From the human T2T-CHM13v2.0 reference genome, Homo sapiens, in the NCBI RefSeq assembly GCF_009914755.1, contig NC_060932.1: a stretch of DNA of 64,000 bases, one strand, 5' to 3'. Shown here in pieces: positions 1 through 15,647 of this stretch. How positions within the stretch are numbered: position 1 is the stretch's first letter; every line of letters begins with the position of its first letter. The notes below the pieces were generated by a model, which was not told the origin of the DNA, did not search any database, and worked only from the letters and a program-made list of their open reading frames with translations. The position numbers and the translations under genes are program-made.

Positions 1-32
1 TTAAACAAGAATATCATGATTGTTAAAAATAA

Positions 33-391
<359 letters not shown>

Positions 392-1638
392 TCTAACAAA
401 TATTTCTAGATCTGCTTTAATATAGGTCAGACAGTCCACCTGGATCAAGTAGATGTATTAGTATTTGTTATTTTCAGTACACTGTTAGTGTTAAAAGTGC
501 CATTTCCCATCCCCCAAAATTGTTCTACAACCTTCCAAAAAGTGGTTTGTAGTTGTAAATCAAGTTTTAAAATCTAAAAACAGGCTGCCTTTCTCTTCAA
601 AAAATGGAATTATTTAATCACAAAGGCACAGTGTACAGTTCAGTTTTGATATCATTTTCAGTCTCCTTTTCCCTTATAAAAGGTCCTGTTCAGTATGCCA
701 AATTTTCTAAGTTGTGGTTTTTAAAATTTTAGAATTGCATAATCAGTTGTACAGTTCTACGCTGAGGCCCTAAGTACTTTTTTTTTTAATTTAAAGAGCA
801 CCTTAACTTAATGTCGTTTGCATACAATTTGCTAAAACTGATATGTGTAGTCTAATCTTTGATGAGCTAGAGGTGGATCCCATGATGAGTTTATGAACCC
901 TGAAGAAAATGGGACTGTAAGGTACCCAAACAAACTAGTCAGTTAATAACTACAGTGGTAGCTGATGAAAGATTATTGTTAAACTATATTTAATTATTTG
1001 AATGGAAATACTTATATATGTGTTACAAACTCTTATAGCTTTAATGCTTAACTGTAATTTATGGGATTCCAATGCAGTTATGATTTAATGGAAAATCTGA
1101 ATCTGAGTTATACATTTAAAAGGTACTGTGCAACCATTTATATCTACAAATAACACCCTTCTAGCACTTAGAACAATGGACAATGCTGCTCCAGGGAACT
1201 TCCCTGGAAGAGTTATAAAGTTCCAGTTTTGCTTCTTAGCAGCGGACTGAACTTACTGTTCTATGCCTGGTATTGTTCACAAAAATTGTTGACTCCATTC
1301 TTGTGTCTTGTTTTGTTAATATGCTCTACACAAATGCCTGTGCTTCTTAGTTTCCTTACTTGTTGTTACAGAATGTTATTTTACATTCCTATGGCTACTG
1401 CCAAGGCTACAAATAAAAGAAAGCCTATATTTGTATACAATGCTAAATCTTTTACTGCCAATGTAAGTTTCTGCCTGCTGTGCCTTGTTACGGCTGCTTT
1501 TCTGTGCTAATAAAGCTCCCCTGATGGTCGTCTTGTGGGAAAAAATATTTTACTCTATAAAATTTTAATGCTTTCTAAAGTGTATTTGCTTAAACATTAC
1601 CACTGATCTATACAACAAATTAATCAACCGTATTTCAG

Positions 1639-1802
1639 CTGGACTTACACTTGCATAGACCTTCTGGATCTCGTAAGAACGAAATACACTGGGACAAATG
1701 TTTCTCTTCAGAGGATTAGCTTACATAAAGCATCAGAATCACAGTCCTTCTATGTGGATGTAGTGTACATTGGACACACATCTACAATCTCAACATTGGA
1801 TG
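1639..1802 (+). CDS. PKHD1L1: PKHD1L1 coding exon (provisional exon 22)
   Basis: tttcag|C TGG ACT...GAT G|gtatgt; WTYTCIDLLDLVRTKYTG...STLD; 164 nt; joins the next exon in phase 1 (G+AA=Glu). Confidence 0.9.
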
Positions 1803-2986
1803 GTATGTTGTATCATTTTATCTCTGCTTTAATCTAAATATAGTAAAATCTTACCATGGAAATTATTTTTATATTCTGCAGTATGGATAGAAACATTAAT
1901 ATCTAAATATTAATGAGTCACTCTTTTATCTGAATAATATTATGATTTTATTTTGTAATGAATAGTGCAAAGTGATTATTCCAAGGATAAATGAATCCTT
2001 AATGAAAACTTTCTCACAATAGCAAGAATTTGCTTTATAGTCCAGGATTTTGTTTATGGATAAATACACTATGTCAAACATTTTCTTTTTGCTTTGTTTT
2101 ATTTTTGAGAAACCAACTACCATGAGAGAGATCTATTCCCAAAATGCAACTACTGACATTGACATCTGTCTACTAAGATCGACTTGAAACTTTCCATAGA
2201 CTTAAGAGTGATAATTAATAATACTACAAATGAAACCTTCATTTCAATAGTGTTAGCATTGTGTTTCTAGTCATGTTAATAGACATGACATTTATTAGAT
2301 GTAATAATAATAAAAATTAAACTCCACGATCTTTTAAAAAATTAACCTAACTCCAAACAGTCACCTTAAAAGTGACTTTTCCCATTTTTGAGAGGAACAT
2401 TAGAATCCTTTTCTTTGGAACTGCTTTCAAGTGCAAGGTGGTGAGTTAACTGATTTTTTTTTTTAATGTAAATGCTACTACTTCATTGTCACTCCTTTTG
2501 AATCTGCTGTCACCAGACTTACATTATGATTGGTAGAACATGTATAAGACAGATGGATTGTGCTGGGATAAATATTGTCGTTCATTAAATGATATTCACT
2601 TAGAACCTACTATGTGTCAGGCATTGTGTCAAGTACTAAGAAAAGAGCAATGAAGATGACAATCTTTGTCCTGCCCTCATGAAGCACACATCCTAGTGAG
2701 CACCACATTTGGGGGATGTAGAACAGAACAAAGCTAACTAACCACAGAAGGCTGCAGGAAACCCAGGGATTGGTGGCCTTTAAATATTTGGTTTTTACTT
2801 GATAGGGTTCATATGTCAAAAGACATAGAGCTTCATAATATAAAAGTGAAAGTTTAGCAAGCTTCATAAACTACTTGCCTTCAGGTCTTCTTTCTAATAC
2901 TTGATTTTAAATACTTCATGACAATGTTGATATTATTTGATGATTTTATTTTTAGCAACAGAAGCAATGCAATTTTATCTCCTCTA

Positions 2987-3037
2987 TTAGGTTAATTTTA
3001 CATGGCAAAAACCACAGTTACTTTTACACCAACCTAA
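2987..3037. mobile_element. MADE1 (Hsmar1 MITE), internally deleted
   Basis: TA-TTAGGTT...ATGGCAAAAACCACAGTTACTTTTACACCAACCTAA-TA matches the MADE1 TIRs with a TA TSD. Confidence 0.8.
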
Positions 3038-3059
3038 TATTTTTATTTATATTCTTTAG

Positions 3060-3232
3060 AAATGCCCAAGAGAAGACTTCCTGCATTAGCAAATAAAGGA
3101 ATATTCTTAGAGCACTTTCAGGTGAATCAGACCAAAACAAATGGGCCAACTATGACAAACCAATATTCTGTTACCATGACTTCATACAATTGCAGTTACA
3201 ATATACCCATGATGGCTGTGAGCTTTGGGCAG
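3060..3232 (+). CDS. PKHD1L1: PKHD1L1 coding exon (prov. 23)
   Basis: ctttag|AA ATG CCC...GGG CAG|gtaagc; MPKRRLPALANKG...VSFGQ; 173 nt. Confidence 0.92.
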
Positions 3233-4042
3233 GTAAGCCTAGAATTTTGCATTAATTTTTATGTAGTGAATTTTATTTTTAATTTTTTTAAATAACCAAC
3301 ATACAGATGGAATATTTTAACAGGAAAAGACAGCTAACTATTCTAAGGTTATATGAAGATTTGGAGTATGAAAATTGACTTTAAGTATTAAAAAAATTCT
3401 TACAGAAATATGTCTATGGGAAGGAAAACAGGGAGAAATATCCTTAAAAAACAAAGTCATATTTAAGTAGAGTTTTCTCTGTGGACGTAAAAGAAAAAAT
3501 TATGGTCTCTTCCAATAAACATCCTGAAACAGATATTATTGAGAGAAAAATTGAGATTCTGCATTATGCTTTTTAATTGTTTTGTTATAAACACCATTTA
3601 TTTTTGCTTGTATGAAAATTTATACAAGGGAAGAAAGAAGTGGTTTTTCATAATTCCAGAAGGACCTGAACAATTTTTTGTACATTTGTAATAAGATTAA
3701 TATTAAATATTACAAATATAATGAAAAATTTAAAATTAAATTTCTATAAAAATATTCAATGAGTTAATATAATTTCCTACCACAAACCAAAAACAAGTAT
3801 AATAAGCTCAAGATTAAAGATTAAATAATCATTAACCATTGTAATTGGATTAGAGCCTCACAGAAAATTTTTGCAAAGTAAACAATTTTATGATTAAAAT
3901 TACTGAAAAATTATAAAAACTCCAAAAAAATTGCCTTTATCCCATCCTGGCCCAATGTTTTAGTCTTAATATCTTCCAGATTAGCATCTTACAAATGCTT
4001 TTCAGTGCTTTACTCTTAGCTCTATTAGAAAATATAATAACT

Positions 4043-4351
<309 letters not shown>

Positions 4352-4574
4352 TCAAGGCTCTGTATTCTCAAAGCATCTGTGTCAAAATTCTCCCATTTTT
4401 CAAGATTCCTCAATAAACTAATTGGTAACTGTAACCTCTATCTTTAATTATTCATCAAAGTTTACACTGAAGAATACAGGACTTAGATTTTTGTGACCTT
4501 TTAAAAAAATTCAAGTGATAGGTACATGTAATAAATAATATGCACATATGTTAAATGTATAGATCAATAAATTG

Positions 4575-6960
4575 TTTTAAGAACTTTAACTTTGACATAA
4601 TTGTAGATTCACATGCAGTTGTAAGAAATAGCACAGAACTATTTTTATATCCTTTACCCATTTTCCCCCAATGATAATTTTTTTGTATAATATAGCATAA
4701 TATCATAACCAGGAAATTGACATGATAAAATCCACTGACCTTATTCAGATTTTTCCAGGGTTGTGTGTGTGTGTGTGCGTGTTTGTGTAGTTCTTACACA
4801 ATTTTATCATAGGTGTAGATTCATCTGACCACCACCAGAACAGTTCTATTACGAGCGTCTCTTGTGCTACCTTTTTGTAGCCATGCTGTCACAGCCATCT
4901 CCCTCGTTCCATTCCTCCTGCACTCACTTATATATGGCAACCACAAATTCATTCTCTCAATAATTTTGTCGTTTCAAGAATGCTACAAAAATGGAATCAG
5001 ATGTCATATAATCACACAAATACATAGCTTTTGTATACTGGCATTTTTTTAACTCAGCATAATTCCCTTGAGATCCATTCAAATTGTGTTGATCGATTTA
5101 TTCATTTTAATTGCTGAGTATATTTACTGTTATGGATGTACCAGTTTGTTTACTCACCCGTTGAAGGACATTTGAGTTGTTTCTTGGTTTTGGCTATTAT
5201 GAATTAAACCGCTATGAACATTCATCTGTAGGCTTTTGTGAGACATAAGTTTCCATTTTTTCTCGGTTAAATTCCCAACAGTGCAATTATAGGGTTGTAT
5301 GGTAAGAACATGTATAGTTTTTAAAGAAACTACCATATTTTTTTTCTGAAGTGGTTGTACCATTTTAGATTCCCACCAGCAGTGTACGATCCAGTTTCTG
5401 CACAATCTTGCCAGTGTTTGGTGATGTCACTATTTTTAATTTTAGGCGTTCTGGTAGGGTGTGTAACGATGGTTCATTTTCATTTTAATTGATATTTCCT
5501 AATGGCTAATGATGTTGAACATCTTTTTATGAACTTATTTGCCACCTACATATCTTCTACTGTGAAATGTCTAGGTATAATTCTTTTGTCAGATATATGG
5601 TTTGCAAATATTTTCTCCCAGACTGTACCTCACCTTTTCATCTTCTTCATAAGGTCTTTGACAGAACAAAGTTTTAAAAATTTTATGAGGCCAAATTTAT
5701 CACTTTTTTTTTTCTTTTTTGAACGGTGCTTTTGGTTTCAAGTCTAAGAACTTACTTAGCTCTAGGTCCTGAGGATTTTTCTTTTTCTAAAAATCCTACA
5801 GATTTACATTTTATATTTAAGGGCATGATCCATTTTGTGTTAATTTTTACATGTAAGATGTGATTTTTCGTTGAGGTTCATTTGTTTGCCTATGCCTCCA
5901 ATTGTTTCAGCAACATTATTGAAAAGGCTATCTTTCTTCCATTTAATTACATTGGAACCTTTGTCAAAAATCATATTTGTGTGGGCATATTTCTGAGTTT
6001 TCTATTCTTTCCATTGGTCTATGTGTCAGTCCTTCCACCAATACCACACATTCTTGACTATTGTATCTGAATAGTTAGACTTAACATTGAGTAGAGTGAT
6101 TCTTCTTACTTTATTTTTCTTGTGCAAAATTGTTTTAGCTATTCTAGGTCCTGTGCCTTCCCATATAAATTTTAAAATAAGATTATTTATGTCTACAAAA
6201 AAACCTTGCTGGTATTTTGACAATAATTACATTAAATCTATAGACTGTTTTGGAGAGAATTGACACCATTGTGATATTGAGTCTTCCAATCCATGAACAC
6301 AGTATGTCTCTCCAATTATTTGTCCTCTTCGTGCTTTACCAGCATATTTAGATCTTCATTTATTACATTTATCGGCATTTTGCAATTTTCAGTTCAGGTC
6401 TAGTACATGTTTTGTGAGATTTATAAACGTGTTTCATTTTCTTCGAGCAGTTGTAAATGGTCTTGTGTTTTTAAATTCGATTTCCACATGCTCGTTATTT
6501 GTATATAGAAATGTAATTGATTTTTGTGTCTTTATCTTGTATCTTATAACCTACTGAATTCAACACATTTTTACAAAGTAGATACACTCATGTAATCACA
6601 CCCAAATGAAGATAATCATTAGCTCCCCAAGTACCTTCCTTGAACCGCTCTTCTTTCTTAAACTCACTCCTCACCCCAATAACCACTCTTTTGACATCTA
6701 CTACCCTGAATTATTTTCGATTGTTCTTAAACTTCATATCAATAAAATCATACTGTGTGTACTCCTTTGAATCTAGCTTCTTTCATTCAATTTTGTGAGA
6801 TTCACATTGCATATACTGTAGTTTCATTCTCTTTGATTGCTGTACATTTTTCCATAGTATAAATATACCATAATTTATCCATTCTATTGAACAACTTTTG
6901 CATTATTTCCAGGTTGAGGCTATTATGAATATAGCTGCTAGGAACATTCTTGCTTATGTC
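4575..6960 (-). mobile_element. Old L1M (L1MC/L1ME-like) fragments
   Basis: Antisense L1 ORF2 end and 3'UTR remnants (minus ORFs LILKFIWEGTGPRIAKTIL, CWWESKMVQPL); boundaries approximate. Confidence 0.75.
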
Positions 6961-7626
6961 TTTTAGCACTAATGTTTATTCATTCTGTGGTCTAGAAGGC
7001 TTATCATTTTAAATTTTACAGTAGTAACAGATAACTATAAGGTATCATCAACAGGAGAATATAATTTTCATTATTGGGGTTACAATCTATGAATTTCTAC
7101 AGCATTTGCTGCTTCTGTCAATTGATTAGCACTGAACATTAAACAAGTATTTTTTTTTTTAGCCTGGGTCAGCCACTGTATAAATCATAAATTTTCTTAA
7201 ATTGTTGGTTAACTTTTCAAGACTCCATGTACTATTTTTTAAAAAATCATTTTAGTTTTTTAATAGCCAAGACCACATCTCATGCTCCTTTGCCTCTCTG
7301 CAGTGATTAGCACTGTACCTTGAACAGAGTGCCTGCTCAATAAATATTTGTTCCTTGAGTGATGGAGGGTGCATTCTGAATTAATGAGGTATTACTGCAG
7401 TTCCAGCTGATTGCTGCACAGATGAATGAGTTGACTTTGGCCTCATTATTGCAGCCATATAGGTATGGCCTGTGTTGATTTATGTGACACTCCTTAATGT
7501 TCTGAAGAATCCTGAATACATGAGGCTCATTTATGTCATGTCACAGGATTGTACCATGATGAAATAGAAATCATGTAAGCCATTGTTAAGTTTAATCATT
7601 TTATCAATATTTATTTTGGAAATTAG

Positions 7627-7774
7627 ATAATCACACATGAGACAGAGAACGAGTTTGTCTACAGAGGAAATAATTGGCCAGGCGAGTCAAAAATTCATAT
7701 TCAAAGAATTCAAGCTGCATCTCCACCTCTAAGTGGCAGCTTTGACATTCAAGCTTATGGACATATTCTTAAAG
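7627..7774 (+). CDS. PKHD1L1: PKHD1L1 coding exon (prov. 24)
   Basis: aattag|ATA ATC...AAA G|gtatat; IITHETENEFVYRGNNWPGESKIHIQRIQAASPPLSGSFDI; 148 nt; phases fit both neighbours. Confidence 0.9.
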
Positions 7775-8314
7775 GTATATGAAAAAAATTTAAAATATTG
7801 GTGTATACGCACACACATATGTATAACCTTATAAAGTGTTAAATTTTGTTTAACTTGAGAATTACTACTTATTGATACATACAAATATATTAATTATTTA
7901 TTTGATATATAAGTAAATATGTGATATATTAAAGTCACACATGCATATATATTAATATATACCATATTAGGGTCAATTAATAGCCAATCATAAAGGTGTT
8001 TCAAATCCTTCTTTTTAATAGATTAGGAAATACTTCACCCATCCAAAGCTAACATTATTTATTTTGATTGTTTTCCCTTAAAAATAATATTTTTAAAAGT
8101 CTGCAAAAATTTATAACAATTTTTTATAGCCATTTTTTAAAGGCAGTTGAAATTATGACTTTCATAAGTCAAAACTTTCTATAATACATGCATTTTAAAA
8201 AATAAGCATTCATTACCTACTGTGGTAGCCATAAACAATAACAATAATATTAAAATAGAAAAATTGAGAATTGGAATATGATTTTAAAAGTCATCTATAA
8301 TTGAATTATCTAAG

Positions 8315-8545
8315 TCTGTGCTATTCAATATGGTAGCCATGAGTCATATGTGGCTACTGAGCACTTAAAATGTGACTAGTGCCACATGTCAAAATATAAC
8401 ATTTGAATATAAGGGATTATATGCAATTTATTACTATTAAAATATTTTACCTGGTTTTGTTTTCTTTCTAAAATATAGCTACCAGAAAATATACAATTAT
8501 GTATCTGGTTCACATTATTTATCAGTTGTACGGGACTAATCTAGA
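8315..8545. mobile_element. hAT-Charlie MITE (MER33/MER3-like)
   Basis: GCTATTCAATATGGTAGCCATGAGTCATATGTGGCTACTGAGCACTTAAAATGTGACTAGT signature. Confidence 0.7.
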
Positions 8546-9186
8546 CAACTATAATAAACATTTTGGTGTACTCCTTTTTAGTAGTATTTCTCTTATAATT
8601 TACATAATTGAGAGTATGTCTGTAATATGAAGCTAAACTATTCAGGGCAAGTGACATTTTTATGTTTTTGTCACTGCTTTATCCACTACACTGGTGACAT
8701 TCTCAAATGTTTGTTTCTCTTTTATATTCATGACTTATAGGTTATCAGTATTTTCAAAGACATTACAAATTAACATTGTTATTAATTTAATCAAAATCGA
8801 TTTTAAAAATAAAAGTATTTCTATATTAAAAGATCATTTTAACACTCAATATATTCTGACACTAAAAGGATTTTATTTTTAATATCAAAATGAATTGATA
8901 TGAAAATATCGACTGATATTTGATATTTGTGAATTGATATTAAAAATATTTGGTCCAAGGCCACAGTATGAGGTACATTACTCATATAATTTTTAAAAAT
9001 AATTATTTATTATTATTTTGAAATTGATAAAATTGCATATATTTTATTTCCAGGAAATATATAAATTCTTGGCAGAAGTAGAATGCAAATTTTATTTTTA
9101 CTACATTGGAGGGGGACATAGAGTTTGCAAGTGATAATACATAGTACACATTTCATGTGCTTTAAAGATGAAATTGGTTTGTGAAT

Positions 9187-9495
<309 letters not shown>

Positions 9496-9543
9496 GTTTG
9501 TGAATTGTGACTCCTGCTGTTTGCCACCCCTCTGTGAGTGCAG

Positions 9544-9698
9544 GCCTCCCCGCTGCTGTGTCAGCTGCAGATCTGCAGTTTGCACTCCAGAGTCTGGAGG
9601 GAATGGGAAGAATCTCAGTTACACGAGAGGGAACCTGTGCTGGCTACGCGTGGAACATCAAATGGAGAAGCACCTGCGGAAAGCAGAATCTTCTACAG
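9544..9698 (+). CDS. PKHD1L1: PKHD1L1 coding exon (prov. 25)
   Basis: gtgcag|GC CTC CCC...CTA CAG|gttccc; [40 protein letters not shown]; 155 nt; weak donor. Confidence 0.88.
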
Positions 9699-10287
9699 GT
9701 TCCCTCATTTGGCTTGGCTTCTCTTTTCTTCTATGTGCTGTTTGCTTATTTGGACCCTGCCTTATTCCAAAAAGAACTGGAGGCTATGTTTATTATAAAA
9801 ATTCAAACCATAAACTAAAATTTCTTTAAAAGGAAGTTAAGGAGAAGGTTTTTTTCTAAATTAAGCTGATCCAGTGTTCTCTTTCATGGAGAATAGCTGT
9901 TGGTACTTTACTCCATATCCCACTTAGAAAAAGTCCAGAAATATGTGTGTTAGAATCCCCTTGACAGGGGCAGGTGGAGCGCAGTCAGGACCGGTCTCAG
10001 AACTAAACCGAACTAAATCCAGATGTATGCTAAGGGGGTCCCAAAGAGAATCAGCCTCACTATCATTCTACCACGAGAGCTGTATTTTGGAGCCTTGGAT
10101 ACTTTTGTGGTTATAAAGATGATTTTTTCCAAGTTCATAAGGGAGTAACACCTTAGGCTGTCATCTAATTACCTTTCTTTAGTTAGAAGGAAGAAGAGAA
10201 TGGGGGAAAGGAGTCAGGCCCAGAGTATGTGAAGGAGAGGAGTCTAGGGACTCAGATTGTCAAACATTAAAAAGATGATGCTTTCAG

Positions 10288-10596
<309 letters not shown>

Positions 10597-11881
10597 CTTT
10601 CTGGTGATGATGAGAGTGCAAGGAAATAGTTTCTTCTATGCAATGTTGGTGAGAATGAAAATTAGGACAACCTTTTGGGAAGATAACTTAGTAGTATCTT
10701 AATACAGAGACCTTATGATTCATCACTATCACTTATATAACTCTATTCTACTGAAATAATAAGATAAATGTGAAATGATATAGGCACAAAGGTAGTCACT
10801 GCAGCATTATTTGTAAAAGTAAAACCTAGAAACCTAAATCCCCATCAATAGCAGAAGGATTGGTGTAACTTTCACATTGAACACCATGCAGCCATGTGTA
10901 GACCCACATATATTTACCTGGAAAGAAATTCGTGACTTAAAGTGGAAAAAAATGCAGAACTCTACTTATGAAATCATTTGGGGAAGGAGAGGAAGTGGAG
11001 AAGATAAGGAAGTGGGGGCAAAAACAACTATGTAAACATAGAAAACAAGTCTGTATGGTTGTGCAAAATAGTAATAGTCATAAGGATATGGGGGTTATTT
11101 TAAAAAAAATACATGGCTGGGAACTGAAATTAGAGAACTCCACAATGAAGATAGGTCTAGTGACTGACCTCCCTTGGTGTCTCTGCTGGTGTCTGTGCAT
11201 CTACTCTCTTCCATCTTTTCTAATCAGTCTCTTCTGCTTATTCATTGTTTCTGTTCCATATCATTTGGCTCACACATGGCCCAGCATGGAGACTCCTATC
11301 TCTTTGCTAGTCCCTGAATACATCAGAAGGTTGCCATATTTGCAGAGGAATTTTGTAAAGAACAAATTGTATATACTGATTTAACTTGGCTTTATTTTTA
11401 CCATTGGAAGAACATATAATTCCAAAATTGGGTGAAAAACCAGGGTAAAGGTAAAAAATGATACAAGGAAAAGTTGACTCTCAGATAGAAAGATGACTCA
11501 ATTTTTCAATTATTTAAGAATAATTTATCAGTTATCATATTCAGAAAAAGCATAGGACATTTTGAGAAAATCAAGTTTAGTAGATTCATTTTTAGATTTA
11601 TTTTTTAATTATAAAAATTCAAGTTAATTTTTGTTTTAATTCAAGTTGTAATTGATGCAATGTATGATAATGCAATGGTCTTAATTTTTTTTCTTGGATA
11701 GGTTATGTTCATTTTTGAAGAGGCTCCTTTTATTTAAAAAAAGTGACTACAATGGTTTTGAATTTTATTTTACATTCTTTGACTTTTATTCACCTTTGCC
11801 TATGCTGAAATTTAAAATGAAAAACTAGTGTCGTCATATTTGTTATAACCTTTCTAGTAAAATAATTGTGTGTAAAAATAG

Positions 11882-12004
11882 ATTAATGATTCCAACATTA
11901 TTGGAGAAAAGGCTAATATGACAGTTACAAGGATAAAGGAAGGTGGCTTATTCAGACAACATGTACTTGGAGACCTACTTCGTACACCCAGTCAACAGCC
12001 ACAG
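11882..12004 (+). CDS. PKHD1L1: PKHD1L1 coding exon (prov. 26)
   Basis: aaatag|ATT AAT GAT...CCA CAG|gtattt; INDSNIIGEKANMTVTRIKEGGLF...SQQPQ; 123 nt; phase 0-0. Confidence 0.87.
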
Positions 12005-12473
12005 GTATTTTTGAAACTTTTCTCATGATGCTTAATGTAATTTTAATAGTATAACTAGTTTGTAATATGTTAAAGACCTGGTGAAACAGGAGGTTTGACT
12101 TCTGTATTTCATGGGAACATTTGTCTTAATATTGATCAACTTGATAATATTATTTTATGATTTTTGGGAAAATTATCTTCCTTATGATAAAATAGTAGAT
12201 TTTTTTAGCTCTACTATGCCAGAATTTGAAAATAGAGGAATCTTTCCTTCAATCTTTACAGCAGCTCTGTAAAGATGAAGAAATTAAAGTCAAAAGAGAT
12301 TAGGTGACTTTCCCAAGGGCAAAAATGAATGAAATATCAAAGTACAAAAAATATAGACTAATTTCAGTAAATTAGCAAACCAACAAAATTCCATCACTTT
12401 TGTTAAAACCTATTCATATTCTACTGCTGCCTCTTTGCCCATGTTCTGTAGCTTCTTGTTTCTTTACTTGAAG

Positions 12474-12579
12474 GTTGAAGTCTATGTCAATGGAATTCCA
12501 GCTAAATGTTCAGGTGACTGTGGATTTACATGGGATTCCAACATTACTCCCCTAGTCTTGGCGATAAGCCCTTCTCAAG
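12474..12579 (+). CDS. PKHD1L1: PKHD1L1 coding exon (prov. 27), entry into the IPT/TIG array
   Basis: ttgaag|GTT GAA...CAA G|gtaact; VEVYVNGIPAKCSGDCGFTWDSNITPLVLAISPSQ; 106 nt. Confidence 0.92.
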
Positions 12580-13441
12580 GTAACTTCCTGATTTTTAACC
12601 TATACTGGGTGTGAAAGATAATCAGCAAAATGTAAACTCTGATAATGACTTTTAAAACTATGTTTCTACTAGTGTCACTAGCTAAAGCAAGCAAACAGTT
12701 CTACATTGTGAAAATTAAAAACCCTATCAGAGAAAAAAACTATGGAAAGGGCACTAATTATTTATTTTTGAAAAAAAAATATTTCTTTTGAAGCTGAAAT
12801 CTTGCCTTTGAAGTAGAGGATTTACTAATCTTAAACTTCTCCAGTTTCACCAGTTAGACTCAGTCTCTAAAATTTCACTTGGACACTGAGGAACTTTTAT
12901 TCAACTGTACCAGCTAGGGTATTAAGTGGAGTCTTTTATTCTATGAGACCACTTCCTCTAGGAGAGTTAGTATTAAAAGGCTAGTAACAAGACATCTGCT
13001 GTTTCATAAAAGAATATAATCGTGTCCTAGATTTGAGAGTAAGAGATATAAAAATTATTGCCATGAACTCAATCTAAGGAACACATTATGCCATTTCTTC
13101 ATAAATGGTATTATTGCTTCAAAAATGTGATTATGCTTTGTGTCTGAGCAACTAAGGACTGAAATAAAACAGCAGGAATCAGGATAGTAAGGGATGGCTT
13201 TTTTCAATCAGAAAAATAAACTCATATGCTATAGTTACATATTTAGTCTTGGTGGATAGTAGGAAAATTCGCCAACTAATTTTATATTGGTACCTCCTAA
13301 AAAATTATTAAAATTTTAAAAGTAGTGCATTTTTGTGTTGAAAGAATATATTCTTCAGACTTTTTAAAATAGTGATGATACTAACTTTGAGATAATTCAT
13401 GTTACATGGGGTTAAAACTCACAAGAATAAGGATTTGATGA

Positions 13442-13726
<285 letters not shown>

Positions 13727-13809
13727 TGAATTCCCACTTTTACATGCACTTCCTGAAAAACTATTTCTTACCCAATATAACAATCTGAATTGTCTTTTGC
13801 CACATTTGG

Positions 13810-15330
13810 ATCATTTTTAAAATTGTGAAAATTTAAGCATAAAGAAAACTACAAAAATACATATATTTTTCACTGAAAATTAACAGCTGTTAACATTGTG
13901 TCATATTTACTTCCAATCATTAATTTAAGAAAGAAATATTATAGGAACAGCTAAATTTCTCTTTAAGCACCATCCCTAGACCTAGTCCCCTACATAACTC
14001 TCGAGGGACAATCACAGTAATTAATTATTGTGTGTGTATTCTTCCATGACATTTTAAATACCTTTTGTATATAACACACACACACACACGGTAATTTTGC
14101 CAGTTTTGTAAGCTTACAAATGAAATATTACAATGTAAATGTTATTTTGCATATTACTTTTGTCATTCAGAATTCATTTTGAGATATATTTATGTGGTTT
14201 TATGTACACCTAATCAATCACCTTAAAGTATTTCATGAGTACACCAACTTACTAGTTCCTCTATTGGTGGACATTTAGATTGTTTACAAGTTTTCACTTT
14301 TACCAATAAGACTATATTGAACTTTCTTGTACAAACCTCCTATTGCATACGTGTTAGAGCTTCTTTAGAGTATATACCCAGACGTGCTATTACTGGATAA
14401 CAATTGGTTGTATGAGTATTCGGTTTACTAGATGACCAAATTGCTCTCCCAAGTGGCTATACTACCAGCAAATGTAATAGCAACATATCCCCTACATCCT
14501 TGCCAATATTGGAAGTGATCGGCTTCCTAATTTTAACTATTCCGATGGGTGAAAGTTAACACTTTTTAGAAATTTTTCTATTCCCTTATTAGTAATGTAC
14601 ATGATCATCCTTCATATGTTTCTTGGACATTCAGATTATTTCTTCTGCAAAGTGTTAGCATCCTTTTTCCCTTTTTTATTGAATTGTCTTTTTAAAATTT
14701 ACTTGTAACCATTTACTATATTTTATGTTTACCAATCCTTTGCACATGGCTTCTCTCAGTATATTAGCTGTGCTTTGATTTAGTATCTTGTTTACAAAAA
14801 GATTTAAGTCATTGATTTATTCTAGGTTATTTATTTATTCCATTATGGTCAACCCCATGACTTCATGTATCATATTTGAGAAATCCATTTCTACCTCAAA
14901 GTCATCAAGATATTTGATTATATTTTCTTATAAAATTTTTGAGTTTTGTTTTTTGTTCTTAGCTATTTGAATCTATGTAGAATCTATATTGTGCATGGTG
15001 TTACGTAAGTAGGGTGATCATATATATATGATTTGTTATAGTTAGATATGTAATTATCTATCTATCTATCCATCTATCTATCTATCTATAATTTGTTGAT
15101 CAAACCTGGACACTTTTAAGAGGGAATGGAAGAACCTTAAGTTTAAGACGCTGGAACACAGGTGTAAACCAGAACTGTCCCAGGCACTTTGAGATGTGTA
15201 TCACCATAAACAGAAGAATCTTATTTTCTTTTCAAATGGGAAGTGTCCATACCACTAATTGCATGGTTTATCCTTTCCTCATGAATTTGCAATGGCAAGT
15301 CCATCATATACTAAGTTACCATATAGAGAT
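13810..15330 (-). mobile_element. Degenerate L1ME-like 3' region, interrupted by a small DNA-transposon-like piece and a (TATC)n repeat
   Basis: GGACATTTAGATTGTTTACAAGTTTT and ACATCCTTGCCAAT L1 3'UTR motifs; boundaries approximate. Confidence 0.55.
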
Positions 15331-15647
15331 GTCTACTTAATTTCTTTGTTATGAGAATAATTTGTTTCTTTATCTTATGCCATATTTTCAATCAGATAGT
15401 TCTTTCCACTAGTCTCTGTCAACACACAGATTCAAAATATGAAAAGATATAGAGTAATTCAATGGAAATAATGGAAATAAAATGCCATTGACAAATAAAT
15501 GTGGATTTTTCTCCCTGCTCTCCTGTTAGGCTTATTGTTTATATCTTTTGAAGATAGACTTATTTTTATTTGAGAAATGTCTGATTTCATAACAACAGGT
15601 TTTATTTTTCTAACTTTAATATTGTTATTTAAATTGATCATTTTTAG

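Noticed and set aside
10968-11384. 138-aa intronic ORF with a hydrophobic stretch
   Set aside because: Lies in decayed repeat-like sequence, has no recognisable domain, and is not needed for exon-phase continuity
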